Source of the DNA: an uncultured delta proteobacterium
GTDB taxonomy: Bacteria > Myxococcota > UBA727 > VGSZ01
Length of the DNA stretch: 64,000 nt
Direction: 5' to 3'
Assembly: GCA_963775425.1 (NCBI GenBank)
Contig: CAVZJB010000004.1
Coordinates: forward strand, 480,001-544,000
How positions within the stretch are numbered: position 1 is the stretch's first letter; each line of letters begins with the position of its first letter. The translations under genes were made by a program, and so were the position numbers. Below, in pieces: positions 49,814 to 61,972 of the stretch. The notes beneath the pieces were generated by a model that was not told the origin of the DNA, did no database searches, and worked only from the letters and a program-made list of their open reading frames with translations.

Positions 49814-51823
49814 CGCCGTCGCCGACCCGGATCCGGGCGCCCGTCTTGCTCGTCGACGACCGCGCCGAGGATCTCGCCGTCCTCGAGGCCGTGCTCGACG
49901 CGCCGGACATCGAGCCCGTGTGCGCCGCGTCCGGGATGTCGGCGCTGCGGCACCTGCTCGATCGTGACTTCGCGGTGATCCTGCTCGACGTGCACATGCC
50001 CGGCATGAGCGGGTTCGACCTCGCCGAGATCATCAAGCAACGGGACCGATGCAAAGATACGCCCATCGTCTTCCTCACCGCGGACAGCGACGACAGCTTC
50101 ATCACGCGCGCCTACGCCGTCGGCGCCGCCGACTTCCTGCAAAAGCCGATGCATCGGGAGGTGGTGCGGACCAAGGTCGGTGTCTTCGTGGAGCTGTTCC
50201 GGAGAGCCGAGGCGTTGCGGGCAGCGGAGCGCCGCGAGCGCGATCGCCAGCTCTCGGAGCTCGTGCGCAAGAGCGACGAGCGCTACAAGAACCTCGCCGA
50301 GGCCATTCCGCAAATCGTCTGGACGGCGGCGCGCAGCGGCGAGGTCACGTATTACAACCGGCGCTGGCACGACTTCACGGGGTTGCCCGATGAGCCGCCC
50401 CCGCCGTGGACCGCCGGCCTCCACCCCGACGACGTCGTCCTCTGTGAGCGCGAGTGGCGCGACTGCGTCTCGCGCGGCGCGAGGTACGAGGGCGAGTGTC
50501 GCATGCGCTCTGCCCGGGGCGACTATCGCTGGCACCTGTGCCGCGCGGTCCCGGACACCGACGAAAACGGCAACGTCATCGGTTGGCTCGGCACACACAC
50601 GGACTTTCACGATCTGCGCACGGCGCTCGAAGCCGCCGACAACGCCCGCGTCCGAGCCACGTTCCTCGCCGAAGCCAGCGAGCTCCTCTCCGCGTCGCTC
50701 GACTATCCCGCCACCCTCGCGCGCGTCGCCCGCCTGCCCGTGCCACGGCTCGCCGACTGGTGCGTGGTCGACGTGAACGACACCGGCAGGCATGAGCTCG
50801 CCGTCGCGCACATGGACGCCGATCGCGAGCACGCGCTGCGTGAGCTGTTCGCGGCCCCCAACAAGCCGCTTTCCCACGTCGACGGGAAGCCGAACGGCTG
50901 CGCGAACGGCCACAGGGACGTCGGCGCGGACGACGGCGCGCTGCGGGAGCTCGCCGCCTCGTCCATCCTGCAGTGCCCGCTGGCCGTCCGCGATCGTGTC
51001 CTCGGCGCCATGACGTTCGGCTCCTCCTCCCGCACGCTTGGCGAAGGAGACCGCCGCACCGCGGAGGACCTCGCGCGCCACGCGGCGCTCGCCGTCGACA
51101 ACGCGCGCCTCTATCTGGCGGCGCAGGACGCGTTGCACGAACGCGACGATTTCCTTTCCATCGCCGCGCACGAGCTGCGCACGCCGCTCACCACGCTCCA
51201 GCTCCAGCTCCAGAGCCTGCAGCGTCGCATCTCGGCCGGAGAGGCCGCGCGCGCCAAGATCGAGTCCGCCGTGCGCCAGGGCCAGAAGCTCGCCGGTCTC
51301 ACCGAGCGGCTGCTCGACGTCTCCCGCATCGTCGCGGGGCGCTTGAGCCTCGAGCTCGAGGAGCTCGAATCTCACGGACCTGGTCCGCGACATCGTCGAG
51401 CGCTTCACGCTGGAGGCCTCACAGGCCGGCTGCGTCCTCGAGCTCGCGTCCGACGGGCCCATCCGCGGCCGCTGGGATCGGCTCCGCGTCGAGCAGGTGG
51501 TGATGAACCTCCTGTCGAACGCCCTGAAGTACGGCCGCGGTGCGCCGGTTGCGCTGGTCGTCCAGCGGCGCGACGACGTCGCATGGATTGGCGTGCGCGA
51601 CCAGGGCATCGGCATCTCCGAGGAGGACCTGCCGCGCATCTTCGAGCGCTTCGAGCGCGCGGTGACCGCGAGGCAGTACGGCGGCCTCGGGATCGGGCTG
51701 TTCGTCGCGCGCCAGATCGTCGAGGCCCACGGGGGCTCCATCCGGGTCGAGAGCCGCGTCGGGGGCGGCTCGGCGTTCACCGTCCAGCTCCCCCTCGCGG
51801 CACAACCCGGAGAGACAGGATGA
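49810..51823 (+). pseudogene. Hybrid sensor kinase REC-PAS-GAF-HisKA-HATPase with a +1 frameshift
   Basis: AAHELRTPL; removing one A at 51368-51369 restores ELDLTDLVRDIVERF...WDRLRVEQVVMNLLSNALKY, about 670 aa. May be a sequencing error. Confidence 0.8.
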
Positions 51824-52224
51824 GCCTCCCGCGCCCCGTCATGATCGTCGAGGACGACCCGGACATCCGGGCGGCGCTGGCGGACGTCCTCGCCGAGGAC
51901 GGCCACACCACCATCACGGCCGCCAACGGACGCGACGCCCTCGACCAGCTCCACGCGTCGTCGGTCGCGCCGTGCGTGATCGTCCTCGATCTCATGATGC
52001 CCGTGATGGACGGCTGGCAATTCGCCGCGGGCCTGCGCGAGGTCTCCGCGTGGTCGGACATCCCCATCGTGGTGGTCTCCGCCGGCGACGACATCGAGGC
52101 GCACGCCGAGGCGCTCGGCGCCCACGGCCACCTGCGGAAGCCCGTCGACCTCGACAACCTCCTCGCCACCGTCGTGCGCTGCGCTCAGGGAGACGGCGAC
52201 CGAGGAGAGCCGCAGCTCAATTGA
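51820..52224 (+). CDS. Single-domain response regulator
   Basis: MIVEDD, VLDLMMPVMDG, VVSA, RKP; ATGA overlap with the kinase stop. Confidence 0.88.
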   Translation: MSLPRPVMIVEDDPDIRAALADVLAEDGHTTITAANGRDALDQLHASSVAPCVIVLDLMMPVMDGWQFAAGLREVSAWSDIPIVVVSAGDDIEAHAEALGAHGHLRKPVDLDNLLATVVRCAQGDGDRGEPQLN

Positions 52225-52345
52225 CTGGGCTCAATTGACTGGGCTCAATTCGACTGGGCTCAATTGACTGGGCTCAATTCGACTGGGCTCAATTCGACTG
52301 GGCTCAATTGACTGGGCTCAATTCGACGGGGCTCAATTGACGGGC

Positions 52346-52357
<12 letters not shown>
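52215..52357. repeat. 13-15-bp tandem repeat GCTCAATT(C)GAC(T/G)GG, about 10 copies, between convergent stop codons
   Basis: Units counted directly from 52215 to 52357. Confidence 0.95.
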
Positions 52358-54706
<2,349 letters not shown>

Positions 54707-54827
54707 GGGTGCTCCGCCTGAGCTCTTCTTCGTTGCCATTCCGCTCCATCCTACGAACCGCGGGGGTCCGTACCAAGCTCATCCGTCTCCGATGCGTCTG
54801 CGGGCCGACCGTTTCTCGAGCGCGGGG

Positions 54828-55250
54828 TCACGGCGTGACCCCGGAACCCTGGAGGGTGACGACGAGCGACTGCCGGCTGGTGTCGAGGGTGAACGTGCCG
54901 GTGGCGTCCCCGGCCTGGCTCGCGGTGAAGCTGACCTCGGCGAACCCGGAGCCCCCCGGCTGCTGCGGGAACTGGAATTGGGAGAGCGCGAAGCTGTCGC
55001 CGTCGAGCACGGGTGTTTCGAAGAATTCCTCGCCGCACCCCTCGACGATGTCGATGCGCCGGTGCGCCTGGAGGGGGACGTCGACCTGGCCGAAGTCGAC
55101 GATGCAGCCGTCGCACGGCTGGCCCTCGAGCTCGACGCGCGAGGCCGCGGGGCCGTCGCAGGCGGGGCCGTCGAAGGGACAGCCCGAGAGCGCCGAGGCG
55201 GCCGTGAGGGCGCCCGCGAGCGCCGCGGGGAGCGCGCGAGGCCACCTCAC
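54828..55250 (-). CDS. Small hypothetical lipoprotein (Ig-like, VDFGQV)
   Basis: Lipobox LSGC; GTGA overlap with the clpS stop. Confidence 0.6.
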   Translation of the reverse strand: MRWPRALPAALAGALTAASALSGCPFDGPACDGPAASRVELEGQPCDGCIVDFGQVDVPLQAHRRIDIVEGCGEEFFETPVLDGDSFALSQFQFPQQPGGSGFAEVSFTASQAGDATGTFTLDTSRQSLVVTLQGSGVTP

Positions 55251-55621
55251 ACGTCCGGCTCCATGGTCAGCATGAGGGGGTGGCCGTGCTCGCGCGCGTA
55301 CTCCGTGACCTTGTCGATCTTGGTCTCGGCGATGTCGCGCGTGTACACGCCGACGATGGCCCTGCCGCTCATGTGGACCTTGAGCATCAGGTGCTGCGCC
55401 TCCGTCGGGTCCTTGCGGAAGAACTCGATCAGCACGTGGACCACGAACTCCTGCGTCGTGTAGTCGTCGTTGTGCATGACCACCCGGTACATCACGGGCT
55501 TCTTGGTCTTGGTCCGCTCGAGGGTCTCCGTGCCCGTCCCCCGGTCGCGGTCGGGTCTCTTGGCGGGGCCCTTCTCGGGGGGCTTTTCAGGGGGCTTCGG
55601 GGGTTCCTTCGGATCCGGCAC
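55247..55621 (-). CDS. clpS: Clp protease adaptor ClpS
   Basis: YRVVMHNDDYTTQEFVV, MLKVH..G.A.VG.YTRDIAETK, HPL. Confidence 0.95.
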   Translation of the reverse strand: MPDPKEPPKPPEKPPEKGPAKRPDRDRGTGTETLERTKTKKPVMYRVVMHNDDYTTQEFVVHVLIEFFRKDPTEAQHLMLKVHMSGRAIVGVYTRDIAETKIDKVTEYAREHGHPLMLTMEPDV

Positions 55622-55674
55622 GGGGGAAATCTAGCAGCAGACGGCGTCCGTGGGTGCTGATACCCCTCCGCACC

Positions 55675-57468
55675 ATGCCCTTCGCCGGCCTCCCCATCGC
55701 ACCCGTCCTCCTCGAGGAGATCCGCGCCCGCGGCTTCTCCGAGCCCACGCCGGTGCAGCGGGCCGTCCTCGAGGCCGACACCGCCCGCGACCTCGTGGTG
55801 TCCTCGCAGACGGGCTCCGGAAAGACGGTCGCGTTCGGGCTCGCGTTCGCCCCCGCGCTCCTCGCCGGCGAGCGGACAAAGACCCCGCGCGTCCTCGTCG
55901 TCGCTCCCACGCGGGAGCTGGCGCAGCAGGTGGCGCAGGAGCTGTCCTGGCTCTACGCGAAGACCGGGGCGCGCATCGGCACCTGCGTGGGCGGCATGGA
56001 TCCGCGGCGCGAGAGCCGCGCGCTCTCCTTCGGCGTCGACTGCGTCGTCGGCACACCTGGCCGCCTGCGCGACCACATCGAGCGCGGCGCGCTCCGCCTC
56101 GGCACGCTGTCCTGCGTCGTCCTCGACGAGGCGGACGAGATGCTCGACATGGGCTTTCGCGAGGAGCTCGAGGCCATCCTCGACGCCACGCCCGAGGGCC
56201 GCCGCACGCTGATGTTCTCCGCCACGTTCCCGCGCGCCATGGAGCAGCTCGCGGGCAAGTACCTCACGGACCCGCAGCGCATCCGCGCCGGCGCCGCCAC
56301 CGCCGCCCACGAGGACATCGACGTCGTCTGCCACCTGGTCGCGCCTCGCGAGCGGGAGCACGCGGTGGTGAACGTGCTCCGCTTCTACGACGCGCCGTCG
56401 GCGCTGGTGTTCTGCGCCACGCGCGACGGGGTGGCGCACATGCACGCCGGCCTCTCCGAGCGGGGCTTTCACGCCGTGGCGCTTTCGGGCGAGCTGTCGC
56501 AGGCGGAGCGCAACCGGGCGCTGCTCGCCGTGCGCGAGGGACACGCGCGGGTGCTGGTGGCCACGGACGTCGCCGCCCGCGGCCTCGACCTGCCCGCCGT
56601 GGCGCTCGTGGTGCACGCCGACCTCCCCCAGGACACCGCGTCGTTTCAGCACCGCTCGGGGCGCACGGGGCGGGCGGGCAAGAAGGGCACTGCGGTCGTG
56701 CTCACGCCGTTTTCGCGCCGGCGCTTCATGGAGCGGATGCTCTCGGACGCACACGTGCAGGCGCGCTTCACCGCGCTGCCCACGACCAAGCAGATCCGCT
56801 CCCTCGACGACCAGCGCCTCGTCCATGAGGCCGTCTCGCTGGCCGCCGATGGCGAGCCGGTGGATCCGTCGCTCGCCGAGGCGCTCCTGGCGCAGCTCCC
56901 GCCGGACGCGCTCGCCGCCGCGCTCGTCCGAACGCTGCGCCGCGATCTGCCGTCCCCCGAGGAGACCCCGGAGACCGCCGCCTGGAAGTCCCAGGACCGC
57001 GACCGCGACCGCGGCCGCGGCTTCGAGCGCGGCCCGCGCGATCGCCGATCGGAGGGACCGCGCGCCGGCGACGGGCGCGGCGGCCCCCGAGGCGACGTCG
57101 ACGGCGTGTGGTTTCGCGTGAACGTCGGCCGCGAGCAGCGCGCCGACCCCAAGTGGCTCCTGCCCATGCTCTGTCGCCGCGGCGGCATCACCAAGCGCGA
57201 CCTCGGCCCCTTCGAGATCCGGCGCCGCGAGACGCGCTTCTCGGTGCACCCCGACGTCGCGCGCCGCTTCTTCGACCAGGCCTCGCGCCCCGACGCCAAG
57301 GACCCGAACATCCGCATCGCCACCGTCGACGACGCCGGCGGCCCCGACGAGCAGGCGCCGCGCGCGCGCCGGCGACCCGATCAGGCGCGGCCGCCTGCGG
57401 TCGCCGACAAGCGGCCCGGCCGCGACGGGCGCGCGAGCGGCAAGACCGATCGACGCCGCCAGAAGTAG
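55675..57468 (+). CDS. DEAD-box RNA helicase with DbpA-type RNA-binding domain
   Basis: Q motif PTPVQ, QTGSGKT, PTRELA, TPGR, DEAD, SAT, ATDVAARGLD, HRSGRTGRAG, WFRVNVGR. Confidence 0.93.
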   Translation: MPFAGLPIAPVLLEEIRARGFSEPTPVQRAVLEADTARDLVVSSQTGSGKTVAFGLAFAPALLAGERTKTPRVLVVAPTRELAQQVAQELSWLYAKTGARIGTCVGGMDPRRESRALSFGVDCVVGTPGRLRDHIERGALRLGTLSCVVLDEADEMLDMGFREELEAILDATPEGRRTLMFSATFPRAMEQLAGKYLTDPQRIRAGAATAAHEDIDVVCHLVAPREREHAVVNVLRFYDAPSALVFCATRDGVAHMHAGLSERGFHAVALSGELSQAERNRALLAVREGHARVLVATDVAARGLDLPAVALVVHADLPQDTASFQHRSGRTGRAGKKGTAVVLTPFSRRRFMERMLSDAHVQARFTALPTTKQIRSLDDQRLVHEAVSLAADGEPVDPSLAEALLAQLPPDALAAALVRTLRRDLPSPEETPETAAWKSQDRDRDRGRGFERGPRDRRSEGPRAGDGRGGPRGDVDGVWFRVNVGREQRADPKWLLPMLCRRGGITKRDLGPFEIRRRETRFSVHPDVARRFFDQASRPDAKDPNIRIATVDDAGGPDEQAPRARRRPDQARPPAVADKRPGRDGRASGKTDRRRQK

Positions 57469-57586
57469 CTTGCCGCCCATGGCGAAGGCGCCGCGGCGGT
57501 CGCAGGTCTCGATGCAGAGGCGCCGCCTGCGTGTTTGACGCAGCGCGGGGGCGCGTGGTCTCGTCCGGCGCAGCACAGGGGGACGA

Positions 57587-58717
57587 ATGGCTCGCGATCT
57601 CGCCGCCGCGCGCGCTCTGCTCGAGGGGCTCCCGGCGGAATTCAAGCGAAGGGACGGCACCGTCTACAAGCCGTGGGAGGTCGACATCGACGAGCCCGGC
57701 ACCGACGCGGTCGTCGTCTCGCTCGGCACGTCGATCACCTGGGGCCAGGGCCTGTTCTACGAGGACAAGCACGTCACCCACGTCTGCCGCGCGGTGCACG
57801 CCGCCGGCTTCGTCCCCGTCCTCGCGCACTACGCGCAGAGCGGCGCCGTCCTCTGGCCCGCGCCGGCGTCCAAGGGCGGCCTCGAAAACAACGTCGTGCG
57901 CAGCTTCAGCTCGCTCGGGCAGGTCCCTCACGCGGCAGCCGCCACCCGCAGGACGCAGTGGTCCGACGGCGAATTTCCTTCGGCGTCACCGCATATCTGG
58001 GAGCAGGCGCGCGCCGCCGCCACCGATCTGACGGCCAAGAAGAGGAACGCCGACCTCGTCCTTTTGGACCTCGGCGCCAACGACATCGAGTTCATGGCGG
58101 CGGTCCTCGGCAAGGACCCGAACAACGGGGAGGCGTCCCAATACGTCTTCCACTGCTGCAACCATCTGTTTCACTCGGCCGCGCACCTCGTGCGCGCCCT
58201 CCGCGCAAACCCGCGCTTCAAGGACGCGCCCATCGTGTGGCTCGGCTACCACCGCTGCATCACCGACGCCACGCGCTACGACGCCTTCCACGCGCACCCC
58301 CTCGCGCAGCTCTTGCTGCACTTCGTGAAGATCTTCTCGCTGGTGTTCACGCCATCGGTGCTGAAGGGCTTTCAGCACAACGTGGACGCGTTCGTGAACC
58401 TCACCAACGGCCTCGCCCACGACGTGCTCGGCACGGTGAACGATCCGCTCCTCGTCTTCGCCGAGAGCGGGCTGCAGCGCGACAACGCCGTCTTCGCCGC
58501 CGAGAGCGGCTCGTGGCCGAACGCGCAGATGCCGTGGGACGACCTGTACACGCCGCGCACCGCCGCCGCCGCCGGCGACGTCGCCACCGTGGCCATGGCG
58601 CAGTTCAACGCCTTCTTTCACCCGAACCGCTTGGGCTCGCGGTTGAACGCCGCCTCCATTGTCGCGGCGCTCAAGGAGCTCAGGGCGACGCCGCAGGGCG
58701 CGCACATCCGGATCTGA
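57587..58717 (+). CDS. SGNH/GDSL-like hydrolase
   Basis: Block I LGTSITWGQG, block II AQSGA, block III DLGAND, block V FHPN. Confidence 0.65.
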   Translation: MARDLAAARALLEGLPAEFKRRDGTVYKPWEVDIDEPGTDAVVVSLGTSITWGQGLFYEDKHVTHVCRAVHAAGFVPVLAHYAQSGAVLWPAPASKGGLENNVVRSFSSLGQVPHAAAATRRTQWSDGEFPSASPHIWEQARAAATDLTAKKRNADLVLLDLGANDIEFMAAVLGKDPNNGEASQYVFHCCNHLFHSAAHLVRALRANPRFKDAPIVWLGYHRCITDATRYDAFHAHPLAQLLLHFVKIFSLVFTPSVLKGFQHNVDAFVNLTNGLAHDVLGTVNDPLLVFAESGLQRDNAVFAAESGSWPNAQMPWDDLYTPRTAAAAGDVATVAMAQFNAFFHPNRLGSRLNAASIVAALKELRATPQGAHIRI

Positions 58718-58718
58718 G

Positions 58719-59738
58719 TCACCGCACCCAGAGCTCCATCGCGACGATCTCGAGATCCTCGTTGTTGGACGCGTCCGTGAACATCAACCTCAGCTCCACC
58801 GGCGTGGCCGCCGGGTGCGTGCCGCCGGTGTCGACCTGGAACTCCGGCGCAGACTCGGGGGCGTTCAGGCAGGACGCGTCGTCGATGTCGGCGCCGTCGA
58901 ACAGGAGATCGTCCTCGTCGAAGAAACGCACGGAGGGGTCGAGCGGGTCCACGGAGCGCCGCGGCTCCTCGCACAGGTAGTTGTCGCCGACGATGGCGGG
59001 CGCGTCCAATCCGCCGTCGCAAGGGCAGCCGGCCGGGCCGCTGACGGTGAGCGCGTCGGTCACGCCGTGCGCGAAGCTGAACACGTGCTCGCGCGGCTCG
59101 CCCACGAGGATGGCCATGCCGTCCACGAACGAGGAGCTGATGTTGGGGATGCTGTCGCGGAAGCCGTCGGAGCCGCCGAGACCGAAGCCGCGCACGAAGC
59201 CGCGCATCTCGCGCCACGCGTACGGCGGAGGGACGAACGCCGACGCCTGCGACGCCCCCGGCGCGGCCGGCCGCTTGCAACCGATCGACGACGCCACCCA
59301 ACCGGCGGGGCACGGCTCTGCGGCGTCGAAGCGCGTCAGCAGCGCCCAGCCACCGCCGGCGGTGACCATGTCGCACTCGACGTCCACGACGCTGCCGTCG
59401 ACGTCGAGCGCGTAGATCCCGCTTTGCGCCGCAGGATTTCGCGCGAGGGCGTCGACGCAGGTGGTGGGCGGCGCGCCGTCGCCCTCTCCTTCCCCTTCGC
59501 CCTCGCCCTCGCCCTCTCCCTCTCCCTCTCCCTCTCCCTCGCCCTCGCCCTCACCCTCACCCTCGCCTTCACCTTCACCTTCACCTTCGCCCTCGCCCTC
59601 GCCGGCGTCGGGGGAGCAAAGGCCGTTGACGCACTGCTCGAACGTCAGGCAGTCGGCGACGGTGTTGCAGAAGTGGCTCTCGGGCGCCGGGCAGGACGCC
59701 ACGAAAGAGATGAGGCCGGCGACGCACAGCGTTCGCAC
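58719..59738 (-). CDS. Lipoprotein with (GE)20 linker and fibrinogen-like domain
   Basis: Lipobox VASC, Cys-rich knot, GE repeat, then TTC...SGIY...VECDM..AGGGWAL. Confidence 0.75.
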   Translation of the reverse strand: MRTLCVAGLISFVASCPAPESHFCNTVADCLTFEQCVNGLCSPDAGEGEGEGEGEGEGEGEGEGEGEGEGEGEGEGEGEGEGEGEGDGAPPTTCVDALARNPAAQSGIYALDVDGSVVDVECDMVTAGGGWALLTRFDAAEPCPAGWVASSIGCKRPAAPGASQASAFVPPPYAWREMRGFVRGFGLGGSDGFRDSIPNISSSFVDGMAILVGEPREHVFSFAHGVTDALTVSGPAGCPCDGGLDAPAIVGDNYLCEEPRRSVDPLDPSVRFFDEDDLLFDGADIDDASCLNAPESAPEFQVDTGGTHPAATPVELRLMFTDASNNEDLEIVAMELWVR

Positions 59739-59765
59739 GGCCTCAGGATACCCGGTTGCGCGGGC

Positions 59766-61049
59766 TCAGTAGTTCTCGTGCTTCAATGACTCTTCGAGAC
59801 GAGGGTCGTTGATGCAGATGACCTTGTGGCGGTTCAGGAAGAAGCCGAACGCAGCGAGGAAGACGCCGGCGACGCCGAGGAAAGCGAAGAAGTCGACGAA
59901 GTGCGGCGCGAACTGCGACACCACCTCGCTGGCGGCGCCGTTGGCGGCGTGCTCGGCCTCGCCCTTGGCCATGTTGGCGACGTGCGCAGCGCCCGTGAAG
60001 TTGGGCAGGATGATCCAGTAGTGGTCGATGGCGTGCACCACGAGGAACCACACGGCGCAGATCTGGATGCCGATGCGGCTCCGCTTCACGTGGCGCGAGA
60101 GAATCATCAGGAACGGGATGCCGAAGTGCACGATGGGCAGCGCGTAGCTGATGGGCGCCCAGCCGCCGTGGATGCGATGGATCCACCACTCGGTCTCGTC
60201 CGGCATGTTGCCGTACCAGTGCAGCATGAACTGGGAGAACGCGATGTACGCCCAAAAGATGCAGTGGCCGAACATGAACTTGCCGAGGTCGTGGTAGTGC
60301 TCCTTGTTGATCGCCTTCTTCAGGACCCCCGCGCGCTGCAGCGCGGCCGCCACCAACGTGATGAAGGCGTAGAAGGCAAGGATGGAGCCGGCGAAGTAGT
60401 AGACGCCCCACATGGTCGAGTACCAGTGCGGGCTCAGCGACTTCATCCAGTCCACGGCCTGGAACGTCTGGGTCAGGGCGTAAAGCGCGATGCCCGGCGC
60501 CGACAGCGTCCACATCTTCTTGGAGAAGGAGTCGCGCTCGTCCTCCGTCTTCGCCGCGTCCTGCTTGGTGGACCAGGAGTAGAGCAGCCACGACATCACG
60601 GACCAGATGGCGAAGTAGATGGCGGCGCGGATGATCCACGGGCCTTCGGACAGGAACCAGCGCTTGCGAGCGAGGTTCTCGTCATGCATCCAGGTCCAGG
60701 GGAAGAGCTCCTTCAACCCGATGAGCCAGACCACGAGGAACAACGGGATGAAGACCGGCAGGGTCATCATCACGTTCTCCGCCAGGCGGCGCACCACGGT
60801 GGACCAGCCCGCGCGCACCGCGTGCTGGATGCACACGAAGCCGAGGCCGCCCAACGCGATGGAGAGCCAGAACTCGAAGCTCCACAGGTACGCGAAGAGC
60901 GCGCGGACCTTGCCGTCGGTGGCAAACATGCCGAAGGTGACGCCCAGACCGACGACGGCCATGGCGCCACCGATCATCGGCAGCTTTGCCCACATGGACG
61001 TGGGGGGGACGGTGATGTCGGTCGGCTTTTCGATGTGATCGTGGCTCAC
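59766..61049 (-). CDS. actF: Alternative complex III subunit F
   Basis: AGWSTVVRRLAE, LFPW, VDWMKSLSPHWYSTMWG, HYHDLGKFMF, WAYIAFSQF..WYGNMP; operon position. Confidence 0.88.
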   Translation of the reverse strand: MSHDHIEKPTDITVPPTSMWAKLPMIGGAMAVVGLGVTFGMFATDGKVRALFAYLWSFEFWLSIALGGLGFVCIQHAVRAGWSTVVRRLAENVMMTLPVFIPLFLVVWLIGLKELFPWTWMHDENLARKRWFLSEGPWIIRAAIYFAIWSVMSWLLYSWSTKQDAAKTEDERDSFSKKMWTLSAPGIALYALTQTFQAVDWMKSLSPHWYSTMWGVYYFAGSILAFYAFITLVAAALQRAGVLKKAINKEHYHDLGKFMFGHCIFWAYIAFSQFMLHWYGNMPDETEWWIHRIHGGWAPISYALPIVHFGIPFLMILSRHVKRSRIGIQICAVWFLVVHAIDHYWIILPNFTGAAHVANMAKGEAEHAANGAASEVVSQFAPHFVDFFAFLGVAGVFLAAFGFFLNRHKVICINDPRLEESLKHENY

Positions 61050-61056
61050 GACGTCC

Positions 61057-61971
61057 TCACTTCAGGCGCGGGTCGGTCAAGATGAAGTCGACGATGGTCT
61101 TCACTTCGGCGTCGGTGAGCGGAAGCTGCGGCATGGCCGGCGGGAACCCGTTCACGATCTTGGCGGCAGGGGTCTTGATGGACTCGGTCAGGTACGCCGC
61201 GTCCACGGTGACGGGCCCCTTGTCGGTCTGCTCGGTCTTGCCGGCGAGCCCCTTCCACGTCGGGCCCACCTTGGGCGTGCCGTCGAGCGTGTGGCAGGCG
61301 TTGCAGCCCTTGGACACGTAGAGCTTCTCTCCCGGCGCCATCTTGCTGAGGTCGACGGGCTTCTTGTACTCGGCGCTGCACGCCTTCATCGGGTCGTCCT
61401 GGCCGGTCTGCAACGTGCACAGGAAGGCGATGATGGCCCAGCGGTCCTTCTCGGGGATCTGCACGGCGTAGGACGGCATGTTCCCGCCGTTCACGCCCTC
61501 GCGAATGGCCCGGTACATCATGCCCACCGGCATGGAGACGAGGCGCGGGTCGAGGAAGCTCGGCGGCGCCACCGCGAGCGCGCTCGGGCGGGCGGCGACG
61601 AGGCCCTTGCCGTCCGCGTTCTTCCCGTGGCAGGGCGCGCAGTAGATGGCGAAGCGGTTCTTGCCGCGCGCGACGGTGGTGGCGTCGGCCGTGAACGAGT
61701 CGGGCAGGTGCGCGATGAGGTTGCCGTCCGCGTCCTTGCCGTACGAGAGCTGATCGTCGGCGTGCAGGTAGCCGCGGGCGACGGTGCCCGGCGGCGGCGC
61801 CTGCATGTAGTTGCCGTTCTTGAACACGCCGGACTGGTCGTGGCGGAAGGGCTTGCCCTTCTCCTGCGTGTCCATGTTCGGGTTCCAGTGAACCGGCGGC
61901 TTGTCGGTGGTCCAGCCGCGGCAGGCGGTGAGGCCACCGAGCGCGACGAGGGTGATGAGCAGGGTGCGCAT
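61057..61971 (-). CDS. actE: Alternative complex III subunit E, lipoprotein cytochrome c with two CxxCH motifs
   Basis: Lipobox LTAC, NPNMDTQ.K, PPPGTVARG, CAPCH, MPSY, DRWAI; second heme motif CNACH. Confidence 0.85.
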   Translation of the reverse strand: MRTLLITLVALGGLTACRGWTTDKPPVHWNPNMDTQEKGKPFRHDQSGVFKNGNYMQAPPPGTVARGYLHADDQLSYGKDADGNLIAHLPDSFTADATTVARGKNRFAIYCAPCHGKNADGKGLVAARPSALAVAPPSFLDPRLVSMPVGMMYRAIREGVNGGNMPSYAVQIPEKDRWAIIAFLCTLQTGQDDPMKACSAEYKKPVDLSKMAPGEKLYVSKGCNACHTLDGTPKVGPTWKGLAGKTEQTDKGPVTVDAAYLTESIKTPAAKIVNGFPPAMPQLPLTDAEVKTIVDFILTDPRLK

Positions 61972-61972
61972 G

